NCBI GenBank assembly: GCA_043779985.1 | Contig: JAYWDF010000422.1 | Coordinates: forward strand, 1-34,429 | DNA length: 34,429 nucleotides | DNA from: Akkermansiaceae bacterium | Lineage (GTDB): Bacteria > Verrucomicrobiota > Verrucomicrobiia > Verrucomicrobiales > Akkermansiaceae | Direction: 5' to 3' | Shown here: piece after piece, positions 9,356-17,586 of the stretch | Position numbering within the stretch: position 1 is the first letter of the stretch | Layout: every line of letters starts with the position of its first letter | The notes under the pieces: generated by a model | Seen by the model: the letters and a program-made list of their open reading frames with translations, nothing else | What the model was told of the DNA's origin: nothing | The model's database searches: none | Position numbers and translations under genes: made by a program

Positions 9356-9479
9356 GTGTTGGCGTTCAAGGATTCAAACCAAGCCGCGCATGAATGAACC
9401 CCACGATTCACATTCGAGGAAGTTTCTTCAAAAGGCGGGTGAACTCCCTTCTATCCACTTCAAGTTTCGAGCGTTCAGA

Positions 9480-9515
9480 CACCTGTCCAACAAATCATGC
9501 ACTGTTGGACAGGTG
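9480..9515. terminator. Perfect 13-bp hairpin between convergent genes
   Basis: CACCTGTCCAACA, 10-nt loop, TGTTGGACAGGTG. No clear U-tract. Confidence 0.5.
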
Positions 9516-9535
9516 GCGGAAACCCACGGGCCGGA

Positions 9536-10096
9536 TTATTGATCCATCCACGGGCAGCACGACATGCGGGATGGTTGCGGCGCCTTCGCACCCGCCGAGG
9601 CCGGTGTCGGCATCATCGGACACATCATCATGCCTTTCATATCCTTCCCGGTCAACGTGTGCATGGACTGACAAAAGCCAGCCATGGTGTTCGGGGTGGA
9701 GGCGATGGGTTGCAAGGCGGCAAGCTGTTCGGCAGTTAGCTTTGCTTTTACCTGCTCTTGGGATGATGCCACGATTGCTTCAAAGTCCTTGATCTGCTCG
9801 GGGGTCAGCTTCAGTTCTTGGCTCATTGCAAGCACGGCGGCTGGGTCATAGGCAGAGATCTGTGCGTTTCCCATGAGCTGACAGCGGGTCATCATGGCTT
9901 CCGACATTCCCATTTTTTTCATCATGTCCCGGCACTGTTGAGGCGACATGTTCATCATGTCCATGCCCATCATCTTATGGGATGGAGGATTCGCAGGCTG
10001 GGAATCGGCAGGAGTTTGAGCAATCAGGGAACTCAAACCGAAGCTTAACGCGATACCGATGCTTCCGACAGCGGCGATAATTGTTTTTGTTTTCAT
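9536..10096 (-). CDS. Met/Cys-rich periplasmic protein with LTxEQ (Spy/CpxP-like) motifs, 186 aa
   Basis: Signal peptide from ATG 10096; ELKLTPEQ and KLTAEQ; 24 internal Met and 6 Cys by hand count. Confidence 0.8.
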   Translation of the reverse strand: MKTKTIIAAVGSIGIALSFGLSSLIAQTPADSQPANPPSHKMMGMDMMNMSPQQCRDMMKKMGMSEAMMTRCQLMGNAQISAYDPAAVLAMSQELKLTPEQIKDFEAIVASSQEQVKAKLTAEQLAALQPIASTPNTMAGFCQSMHTLTGKDMKGMMMCPMMPTPASAGAKAPQPSRMSCCPWMDQ

Positions 10097-10139
10097 GGTC
10101 TTTCGTAGTTTGTTTTTTACTAACTCATCCTTTACCTCA

Positions 10140-10373
10140 TTAGTTGCAGTTTCCACCGCGCCACGCTCCATATCCGTGCCGGTCATAATAATCACAGTAG
10201 CGATGTTTGGTCACCCATGGACAGTTCGGCCCGTGTTCCGGGCAGACCCAACCCTTGGGCGGCGATTGATTCCAGCCGGCAACGGATTGTGAGTTGTTGG
10301 CGGGGGAATTGCATGAGGCCATTCCGGCTGTCACGAGTATCAACAGTAGCAATGATGTGGTGGAGGCTTGCAT
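10140..10373 (-). CDS. Small Cys/His/aromatic-rich lipoprotein (77 aa)
   Basis: Hydrophobic stretch ending in GMASC; WVCPEH..NCPW...YC...NCN. Co-oriented with, and 43 nt upstream of, the Met-rich gene. Confidence 0.6.
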   Translation of the reverse strand: MQASTTSLLLLILVTAGMASCNSPANNSQSVAGWNQSPPKGWVCPEHGPNCPWVTKHRYCDYYDRHGYGAWRGGNCN

Positions 10374-10515
10374 TGACTTCAGCTTTGGTTGAGTTTCACA
10401 TGCAATCTACCTCCTCCCGAGGTTCTCAGCCACGCATTTCAAGGCATAAGCTCCGCATGAACTGCGAAAAAATGCATCGCGAAGTGTATCGCAAAGAGCC
10501 CATGAAATGAATTCA

Positions 10516-10543
10516 AGGGTTTAAGCGGGGGGCGGGTTATTAC
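10516..10543 (+). promoter_or_regulatory. Putative ECF promoter, copy 1
   Basis: AGGGTTT-aagcgggggg-CGG-GTTATT-AC, 87 nt upstream of ATG 10631. Confidence 0.7.
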
Positions 10544-10630
10544 GGTTGAAGCCGATGATCCAAGTTTCCAAGGAGCGATTGAGTCGTTCAATGGGGACGC
10601 TCGGCAGTAACCAATAACCATCGAAAAACC

Positions 10631-10828
10631 ATGAAAACCACAATGAAAGTCACCGCGATTGTCTCTCTCCTTACCTTGGGTTTTGCCTCCCCGTCATGGG
10701 CGCATTCTCCCCGTGGCAAGCTGAGCTTCGAACCAAACGGGGACATGATCCCATCCAACTATCGGGCAGGCTCAAGCCACTCCGATCATGTTTGGTTCAG
10801 GCAGGTCGGTCCTCGTGGCAAGATGTGA
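10631..10828 (+). CDS. Small secreted protein (65 aa)
   Basis: A-rich start context, Sec signal ending SWA, mature HSPRGK...HSDH...GPRGKM. Has its own promoter motif and a downstream terminator. Confidence 0.65.
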   Translation: MKTTMKVTAIVSLLTLGFASPSWAHSPRGKLSFEPNGDMIPSNYRAGSSHSDHVWFRQVGPRGKM

Positions 10829-10838
10829 TGAACATCGG

Positions 10839-10918
10839 TGGTCCGGGCATGCCACACGCCCGGACCATCTAATCGCTATCGCCCGGTGCCAATCGGCCAC
10901 CGGGCGATTTTGTATTGG
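10839..10918 (+). terminator. Tandem hairpins; the second is an intrinsic terminator
   Basis: TGGTCCGGGC/GCCCGGACCA (10839-10867), then ATCGCCCGGTG/CACCGGGCGAT (10878-10908) followed by TTTGTATT. Confidence 0.65.
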
Positions 10919-11004
10919 GCAGACGATGGAAACCAAGATTTCGCTCTGGCCGGATGGAAAAACTTCGAAAGTCCCCGATTACTATATCGAAGAAGCATAG
11001 AACG

Positions 11005-11038
11005 AAAACCCCCGGGTTTGGTCCTACCCGGACGTTTT
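11005..11038. terminator. Bidirectional-type terminator downstream of the YHS-like gene
   Basis: AAAAC..CCGGGT, 8-nt loop, ACCCGG..GTTTT. Confidence 0.5.
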
Positions 11039-11057
11039 GAAGATTGTGTGCCGAGGA

Positions 11058-11360
11058 CTATTTGGCTTCGAGTTTTTTGAGATACTTCGCGGGGTCCTTC
11101 TCGAACTTCGGCTTGCACTTCTCACAACACAGTTTGATTTCCTTGCCCTCATGAACGAAGACGACCGGCTCGCCCATGGAGTCGAGCTTCTTGTCGGAGA
11201 CGATGCAGGTATCGAGTTTGTAAGGTCGCACAGCTTCCTTCTTCTCCTCCACCTTCACTTTCTTGGCAGGTGGCTTGGCCTCCTCCGCGATGGCGGAGGT
11301 TGCTGCAAATGAGGCAACCGTGGCGAACAGGCCGGCGGCGATAACGTTTTGGATTTTCAT
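11058..11360 (-). CDS. Exported YHS/TRASH-like metal-binding protein (100 aa)
   Basis: Signal peptide; PYKLDTCIVS..KLDSMG....HEGKEIKLCCEKC..KF.KDP.KY. Confidence 0.85.
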   Translation of the reverse strand: MKIQNVIAAGLFATVASFAATSAIAEEAKPPAKKVKVEEKKEAVRPYKLDTCIVSDKKLDSMGEPVVFVHEGKEIKLCCEKCKPKFEKDPAKYLKKLEAK

Positions 11361-11414
11361 AGGTGGTATTGGTTTTTAGTTGGGAAGTACAAGGAAAATT
11401 TCCGTGTTCAAAGA

Positions 11415-11442
11415 GTTGATTCCCGGAGGCAGCCGAAACCCT
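11415..11442 (-). promoter_or_regulatory. Putative ECF promoter, copy 2
   Basis: Minus strand AGGGTTT-cggctgcctc-CGG-GAATCA-AC, 54 nt upstream of ATG 11360. Confidence 0.65.
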
Positions 11443-11481
11443 TCAACTATTTTCAGATTTTCTGAAAAATCAGCCGGTCAC

Positions 11482-12051
11482 TCATGAAACAAATTCGTGA
11501 AGCCGCTCCTTGAGGATCTGCCGTGCCCGGTAGATCCGTGTTTCCACCGCCTTCGGACTGCATTGGGAAATCCCGGCGATCTCCGTGTAACCCAATCCCT
11601 CATAGATGAACAAGGTCATCGCTTCCCGCAGGTCCGGGGGCAAGCAGAGGAACGCCTCATGCACGGCGCGGAATTTCTCGGCGGACCTGGCGGCTTCATC
11701 CGGCGTTGGTTTCGGGTCCGCAATATCGGGGAGGACCGAAGTTCCGTCATCTTCCACGGCGTCCATCGAAACCGTCGGGTGGCGCATCTTCCAGCGGGCG
11801 TTATTCCTCGCGAGATTCGAGGCGATGGCGAATAGATAGGTGCTGAAATTCCCGCTGGGCCGGTAACGTTCCCTTGCCTGATAGAGACGCACAAAGGTTT
11901 CCTGGCCGAGATCCAAGGCGGCTTCGCGCTGCCCCGTCATTTTGTAGAGGAACGCGGCAACGCGCTCGCTCCAGCGGTCCATCAGTTCATTCAGGGCCAG
12001 ATCGTCGCCGGCGGCCAGCCGCGACATGAGTTCGGAATCGGGGGTATCCAT
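11482..12051 (-). CDS. ECF-family RNA polymerase sigma-70 factor
   Basis: D.ELM.....GD..A; A.DL.QETFVRLY; FSTYLFAIA.N..RN (region 2); LP..LREA..L...EGL.Y.EIA......AVETRIYRAR (region 4). Confidence 0.95.
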   Translation of the reverse strand: MDTPDSELMSRLAAGDDLALNELMDRWSERVAAFLYKMTGQREAALDLGQETFVRLYQARERYRPSGNFSTYLFAIASNLARNNARWKMRHPTVSMDAVEDDGTSVLPDIADPKPTPDEAARSAEKFRAVHEAFLCLPPDLREAMTLFIYEGLGYTEIAGISQCSPKAVETRIYRARQILKERLHEFVS

Positions 12052-12231
12052 ACCGTCAGCTCCCTAGCGGAAGTTTGAACCTCCTGTATTGTTAGAAGTA
12101 AACTCCGGAGCAAAGGGCAACGCACGCGACGGCTGTGAAGCCACGGTGAAAAGCGTCGCGGCGCAATTGAGGAAGTTGGGTTTCATCTTTTCAGGTTCGG
12201 TTGGGTTTCGTGACTGGAACGCTCCGGATAG

Positions 12232-12279
12232 CTGAAGATCCGGGAGGTGACTCAATTCACTTCTCCTCCCGGATTTCAG
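12232..12279. other. Long GC-rich hairpin between the 56-aa gene and the sigma gene
   Basis: ATCCGGGAGG (12238-12247) pairs with CCTCCCGGAT (12265-12274); the stem extends by CTGAA/TTCAG with one bulge. Confidence 0.5.
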
Positions 12280-12297
12280 GTGTCTTTGTCAGCCCGC

Positions 12298-12468
12298 TCA
12301 GTTTGCCTTCATGGCCGCGTGCTCTGCGGCGGTCATTCCGGGCATGGAACTGGAGCCCGAGGACGCGGCCTGTCCCCCACTGTGACAACAGGATGAGGAA
12401 CCGGTCCCCCACGAGGATAACAGAATTGCGGCGGTGGCGGCGGTGACGAGGATTCTGGATGCTTTCAT
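12298..12468 (-). CDS. 56-aa exported Cys/Met/His peptide, putative Cu-binding (not in the ORF track)
   Basis: Hand translation: MKASRILVTAATAAILLSSWGTGSSSCCHSGGQAASSGSSSMPGMTAAEHAAMKAN*. A-rich start context, 58 nt after the cusA stop. Confidence 0.75.
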   Translation of the reverse strand: MKASRILVTAATAAILLSSWGTGSSSCCHSGGQAASSGSSSMPGMTAAEHAAMKAN

Positions 12469-12526
12469 TGCTTGTATTGGCTTCTAATCGTTGGTGTTTG
12501 TTGTTTTTTCCCAGGAGAATTGAGGA

Positions 12527-15500
12527 TCAATCGGCAGTGTCGGAGTGGAGTGATCCATGGAGAGTGCCGTTTCTAAACTCGCGGCCACGTAGCCACAGGA
12601 AAATCACGGGGGTGACGATGAGGATATGGATGAGGCTGGAAATCATCCCGCCGATCACTGGTGTGGCTAACGGCTTCATGATTTCCGCACCCTGGCGGTG
12701 ACTCCACATGATCGGCAACAGGCTGGCGACGATGGTGGCGACGGTCATCACCTTCGGCCGCAGCCGGAGGCGGGCACCGTCTTTCACGGCCTGGACAAGG
12801 TCTTCGTAGGTGAATGCCGCGCCTTTTTCCGCGAGGCGGGCTTTAACGGTTTCCTCCAGATAGACGACCATGACGACGCCGGTTTGCACAGCGGTGCCGA
12901 ACAACGCGATGTAGCCGACCCAGACGGCTCCGTTGAAATTGTAGCCTAGCAGTTTCTGTAACAGCACGCCGCCACTGAGGGCGAAGGGCACGGCGAGCAT
13001 CACGTGGGCCGCTTCCAGCGCGCTGTGATAGACGAAGTAGAGCAGGATGAAAATCACCATCAAGACGAGCGGGAAAACGAGTTCCATCGTCTTGACGAAG
13101 CGCCGCTGGTTTTCGAATTCTCCGGTCATCTTGTAGGTCATGCCTTCCATGTCGATGGTCTTGAGCTTCTGCTCCACTTCCTCGACGAAGCCGCCAAGGT
13201 CGCGGTCCTGGACGTTCGCTTGGACGTAGGAACGCAGCAGGCCGTTTTCCGAAGCGATCTCATTGGCTCCGATCTCGCGGGTGATCTTCGCAACCATACC
13301 TAACGGGATGTAAGGGACAGTTCCACCATCCGCCGTGGGAGCCGCGCTGGCGGCAGCGGCGGCTCCCCCACCCATGCCGCCGCCCATTCCACCGGATGGA
13401 GCTGCCGGAGCCCCGCCCATGCCGGGCTTGGCTGCTACGAGGATGCGGCTGAGTTTCTCGATGTCGTCGCGTTCGCCGCGCTCGACCCTGATCTGGATCG
13501 GGAAACGCTCACGGCCTTCGATGGTGGTGCTGACGTTTTTCCCGCCGATGGAAATCTCCACCGCATCCAGCACATCCTTCGCGCTGAGTCCGTAGCGGGC
13601 CATCGCCTGGCGATCGACCTTGATGTTCAGATAGGGTTTTCCTTGGACCCGCGAGGCGGATACTCCGGCGGCTCCGTCGATGCCGTGGACGAGCTTTTCG
13701 ATCTCGAATGCCTTGCGCTGGATCTTGTCGAGATTGTCGCCGTAGATCTTGATGCCGACCTGCGCACGAATGCCGGTGTAGAGCATGAGGATGCGGTTCT
13801 CGATGGGCTGGAGGAACGCGGGCACATAGCCGGGAACTTGCTTCATTTTTTCCGTTAGCTCGGTCTTGAGCTTTTCCACGGTCATCCCTTCGCGCCATGC
13901 CGGGTTGCGCTTCACGCTGAAACGGCCGTCCGGGATGTATTCCGGCTTGAGCATGATGGTGGTTTCCAACATCTCCGTCGGCGCAGGGTCGGTGGCGGTT
14001 TCGAAGCGCCCGAGTTTCCCGGCCACGCTGGCGACTTCCGGAGTCTCGCTGATCACCCTGTCCTGCCACGACATGACGCGCTGGATTTCCTTGAACCCGG
14101 TTTTCGGGATCATCACCGGCATATAAAGCAGGCTGCCTTCGTTGAGCGGCGGCATGAATTCCTTGCCAAAGCCGGTCACCCAATCCGCAGTCCGCGGGTA
14201 GCCGTGGTCCCGCACCGATTTCACGAATCCACGGGGCAAGCCAAAGGCGGTTAGCAAGGCGGTGGAGAGGATAACGAATGCCAATCCTACGACCGTCTTG
14301 CGATGGTTAAGCGCCCAGTTCAGCGTTGGTTCGTAGAGCTTCAACAGGAATTTCATGACGATGTTCCTGTCCTCGGAATGAAACGGACCGCGAACCAGCA
14401 GCGAGCAAAGCACCGGCACCAACGTGACGGCTAACAAGGTGGAGCCGATCATCGCGAAGGTCTTGGTGAAGGCCAGCGGATGGAAGAGCTTTCCTTCCTG
14501 TCCGGAAAGCGCGAACACCGGAACAAAGGCGAGGATGATGATCGCCATGGCGAAGAAGATCGGCCTGCCAACTTGCTTGCAGGCAACGAGTGTCACTGCC
14601 CAGGTTTCCTTGTGGGTAAGTGCTTTGCCTTTTTTGTCCTCCGCTTTTTCACAATGTCGCAGGACGTTTTCCGTGACGACGATGGCAGCATCCACCAGCA
14701 CGCCGATGGCAATGGCGATGCCGGTGAGTGACATGATGTTGCTGGTGATTCCGAACTGCTTCATCAGCATGAACGAGATCAGGATCGAGATTGGCAATGG
14801 CAGCGTGACAATGAGGATGCTGCGGAAGTGCCACAGGAAAATGATGTGGGCGAGAGTCACCAGAATGATTTCCTCGATCAGCGCGTGCTTGAGCGTGTCG
14901 ATCGTATTGTCGATGAGTTCGCTCCGGTCGTAAAACGACTTGATCGTGATGCCAGGCGGGAGACTGGGAGCGATCTGGGCGATCTTTTCCTTCACGCGCT
15001 CAATGACTGCTTTGGCATTTTCGCCGGTGCGCATGACGACGGTGCCGCCGACGGCTTCGTGGCCGTTGAGGTCGAGCGCACCGCGCCGAAAATCCCCGCC
15101 GATCTGGACGGTGGCAATGTCCTTCAGATAGATCGGTGTGCCGCCCACGGCCTTGATAGTGACCAGTTCGAGATCCTCCGGACTGGTGACGAGACCGATG
15201 CCGCGTAGGACGAATTCCGCTCCGTTTTCCTCCACAGTCTTGCCGCCGACATTGAGGTTGGCGTTTTGGACGGCAGTCATCACTTCCATCATGGTCACGT
15301 TTGCGGCACGCATCTTCGTCGATGAGAGTTCGATCTGATACTGCTTCACAAATCCGCCGATACTCGCGACCTCCGCGACGCCTTGAACGCTGGCGAGCTG
15401 ATAGCGGATATACCAATCCTGGACGGATCGAAGTTTTGCCAGATCATAGCCGCCGTTTTCAGCCTTCGTGGGATCGACGGCGAGGTAGTATTGATAGACC

Positions 15501-15913
15501 CAGCCGAGGCCGGAGGCATCAGGCCCAAGTTGCGGAGTCACGCCTTGGGGCATGGAACTCTGGAGGAAATTCAGCCGCTCCAGCACCCGCGTCCGTGCAA
15601 AGTAGGTGTCCACACCTTCCTCGAAAATGATCGTGCTCAGCGAGAAGCCGAACATCGAGGTGGCGCGGACTTCCTTCACTCCGGAGAGACCTTGCAAACC
15701 GGTGGTGAGCGGATAGGTCAACTGATCCTCGACTTCCTGCGGGCTGCGCCCGGCCCACTCGGCATAGACCTGCACCTGGTTTTCCGTCAGATCCGGAATG
15801 GCATCGACGGGTGTCAGGTAAACGGCCCTGACTCCCAGTGCGACGAGCAATAGTGTGGCGCTGGCGACTAGGAACCGGTTTTTCAGACTCCATTCGATGA
15901 TGTGTTCAATCAC
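12527..15913 (-). CDS. cusA: Heavy-metal RND permease, CusA/SilA-type (Cu+/Ag+)
   Basis: PVDAIPDL.ENQ; LGPDASGLGWVYQY; TM4 GIAIAIGVLVDAAIVVTEN; CusA-type Met motifs LLYMP, DPAPTEMLET and NRILMLYTGI. GTG start overlaps the cusB stop. Confidence 0.95.
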   Translation of the reverse strand: MIEHIIEWSLKNRFLVASATLLLVALGVRAVYLTPVDAIPDLTENQVQVYAEWAGRSPQEVEDQLTYPLTTGLQGLSGVKEVRATSMFGFSLSTIIFEEGVDTYFARTRVLERLNFLQSSMPQGVTPQLGPDASGLGWVYQYYLAVDPTKAENGGYDLAKLRSVQDWYIRYQLASVQGVAEVASIGGFVKQYQIELSSTKMRAANVTMMEVMTAVQNANLNVGGKTVEENGAEFVLRGIGLVTSPEDLELVTIKAVGGTPIYLKDIATVQIGGDFRRGALDLNGHEAVGGTVVMRTGENAKAVIERVKEKIAQIAPSLPPGITIKSFYDRSELIDNTIDTLKHALIEEIILVTLAHIIFLWHFRSILIVTLPLPISILISFMLMKQFGITSNIMSLTGIAIAIGVLVDAAIVVTENVLRHCEKAEDKKGKALTHKETWAVTLVACKQVGRPIFFAMAIIILAFVPVFALSGQEGKLFHPLAFTKTFAMIGSTLLAVTLVPVLCSLLVRGPFHSEDRNIVMKFLLKLYEPTLNWALNHRKTVVGLAFVILSTALLTAFGLPRGFVKSVRDHGYPRTADWVTGFGKEFMPPLNEGSLLYMPVMIPKTGFKEIQRVMSWQDRVISETPEVASVAGKLGRFETATDPAPTEMLETTIMLKPEYIPDGRFSVKRNPAWREGMTVEKLKTELTEKMKQVPGYVPAFLQPIENRILMLYTGIRAQVGIKIYGDNLDKIQRKAFEIEKLVHGIDGAAGVSASRVQGKPYLNIKVDRQAMARYGLSAKDVLDAVEISIGGKNVSTTIEGRERFPIQIRVERGERDDIEKLSRILVAAKPGMGGAPAAPSGGMGGGMGGGAAAAASAAPTADGGTVPYIPLGMVAKITREIGANEIASENGLLRSYVQANVQDRDLGGFVEEVEQKLKTIDMEGMTYKMTGEFENQRRFVKTMELVFPLVLMVIFILLYFVYHSALEAAHVMLAVPFALSGGVLLQKLLGYNFNGAVWVGYIALFGTAVQTGVVMVVYLEETVKARLAEKGAAFTYEDLVQAVKDGARLRLRPKVMTVATIVASLLPIMWSHRQGAEIMKPLATPVIGGMISSLIHILIVTPVIFLWLRGREFRNGTLHGSLHSDTAD

Positions 15914-17583
15914 GGTTTGATCTCCTTTCCGCAGTCTTGCATCTCAGTGCCGAAGAACGGATTGCCATTGGCGCGTCCGCCGGTCTGGATCCAGTGGACT
16001 TTCTTAGGAGCACCCGGGATTGCCTGATCAGTCATTGGGCACTCCCAGATTTGCATTTCGGGGAAACCCTTCGTCTTTCGCATCGGCTCTAACACGGCGG
16101 TGCCGGCCATCGTGAACTTCAGGAAGGCGGCGCGTGCCGATTTCAGATCCTCGAAGTCGTGGAAATTTCCGGTGTTGCCAAGCGCCTCCAGTTTTCCCTT
16201 CGCTCCCGGCAGATCGGCGAGGGCTTTGGTCAGCCCGGCGGTTTTCATCATGGCGGGTTCGCTGGCCTTGGTGAAGGCGGCGAGATCATCGGTGGCGAGC
16301 GCAGCCGCCATGACATCGGCCACTTGGATGAAATCGCGGATGGCGGCTTGCTGTGTTTCTGTCAGCGCTTGATTCATTGGCGCGCTGACAGACGGCATGA
16401 ACGAGCGGTTCAACTCTGCTTGGCCGTCAATGAGAAGGTTTCCGTTAGTAACGACTTGATCCCCTGCTTTCACCCCGGAAAGAATTTCGACCAACGAGTC
16501 ACCGCGCCGCCCGATGGTCACTGGAGTTTGCGCGTAGGCACCGCCGCCTTGGTCAATGTAAACGACAGCATCCGGTCCGGTCTGTATGATGGCGGAGCGC
16601 GGAATCGTCAGGCTGGCAGGTGTATCCACTTGCACCGAACCGCTGGCGTAAAGCTTGTGAAGAAGCTCGCGCCGGCCATCGACCATGGGATTTTTCAGTT
16701 CCACGCGGACCTTGGTGGAACGGGAGGCTTCGTCGAAATTCGGATCAATGAACGCGATTTTCCCTTCAAAGGTGCGTCCGGGTTTCGAGGGAGTCGTGAC
16801 GGTCACGGTTTGGCCGATTTCGATCCATGGCAGGTCCTGCTCGTAAGCTTGAAATTGGAACCACATGACGGAGAAGTCGGCGATTTCGAAAAGCTTCTCA
16901 CCGGCTTTCACATACTGGCCTTCATAAACATTGTGCTCCACCACCGTGCCGGAAAGTGTTGCGAGGATTTCGCTGTCCAACGAGTCGGCGGGCTTGTCAG
17001 GAAGAACTTCAATCTGCTCTGCCGTTAGGCCCATCTGCCGTAAACGGAGCGCGGTGTTTTTCTTCAATTCACCGCTGAGCTGGCGGTATTCGCGCTCCGC
17101 CTGTAGGAGTTCGGGACTGTAGAGTTGTGCCAGCGGCGCACCGGCGGTGACCTGGGCTCCATGATGATTGGCGAAAAGCTTGTCCACACGCCCATCGACA
17201 TAAGCACTGATGATACGGTGGCGGCGCTCGTCATCCTCGATCATACCGGCAACTTGCACCTTGCGGTCGAGCGGCTGGATTTTAGCCTCTGCGGTCTGGA
17301 CGTTGACGACCTGGATCTGGCTTTGCGTGAGTCCCACGACGTTTTCTCCGCCGGTGGCATCAAGGCCTTTTTCACCCGCATAAATCGGGGTGAGTTCCAT
17401 GCCGCAGATGGTGCAACGGCCAGGCTTTTCGCTCTTGATCCAAGGATGCATCGCACACTGGTATGAAAGCGGTTTGCGTTCGGCCGTAGTGGTCGAAGGG
17501 GCTGGAGGAATCCGGTTGTTGAAAAACCACATGCCACCGGCTGCAAGTACGGCAGTGATGAGAACGATGAGAAATGTTTTCAT
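15910..17583 (-). CDS. cusB: CusB-like periplasmic adaptor with an N-terminal heavy-metal-binding domain and a C-terminal DUF3347-like domain
   Basis: YQCAMHP....PGRCTICGMEL; YSPELLQA..EY; full lipoyl and barrel regions; C-terminal ARAAF...CPM....W....NPFFG.EM..CG. Confidence 0.9.
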   Translation of the reverse strand: MKTFLIVLITAVLAAGGMWFFNNRIPPAPSTTTAERKPLSYQCAMHPWIKSEKPGRCTICGMELTPIYAGEKGLDATGGENVVGLTQSQIQVVNVQTAEAKIQPLDRKVQVAGMIEDDERRHRIISAYVDGRVDKLFANHHGAQVTAGAPLAQLYSPELLQAEREYRQLSGELKKNTALRLRQMGLTAEQIEVLPDKPADSLDSEILATLSGTVVEHNVYEGQYVKAGEKLFEIADFSVMWFQFQAYEQDLPWIEIGQTVTVTTPSKPGRTFEGKIAFIDPNFDEASRSTKVRVELKNPMVDGRRELLHKLYASGSVQVDTPASLTIPRSAIIQTGPDAVVYIDQGGGAYAQTPVTIGRRGDSLVEILSGVKAGDQVVTNGNLLIDGQAELNRSFMPSVSAPMNQALTETQQAAIRDFIQVADVMAAALATDDLAAFTKASEPAMMKTAGLTKALADLPGAKGKLEALGNTGNFHDFEDLKSARAAFLKFTMAGTAVLEPMRKTKGFPEMQIWECPMTDQAIPGAPKKVHWIQTGGRANGNPFFGTEMQDCGKEIKP

Positions 17584-17586
17584 GAT

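Noticed and set aside
11450-11468. Palindrome TTTTCAGA-TTT-TCTGAAAA upstream of ECF motif copy 2
   Set aside because: Single AT-rich occurrence. Cannot distinguish operator, UP element or weak terminator.
12064-12255. 63-aa ORF upstream of the sigma gene, and two GTTGGGTTTC repeats at about 12175-12210
   Set aside because: The ORF has no motif and overlaps the hairpin. The repeats are antisense to the sigma gene and lack the CGG-N6-AC half.
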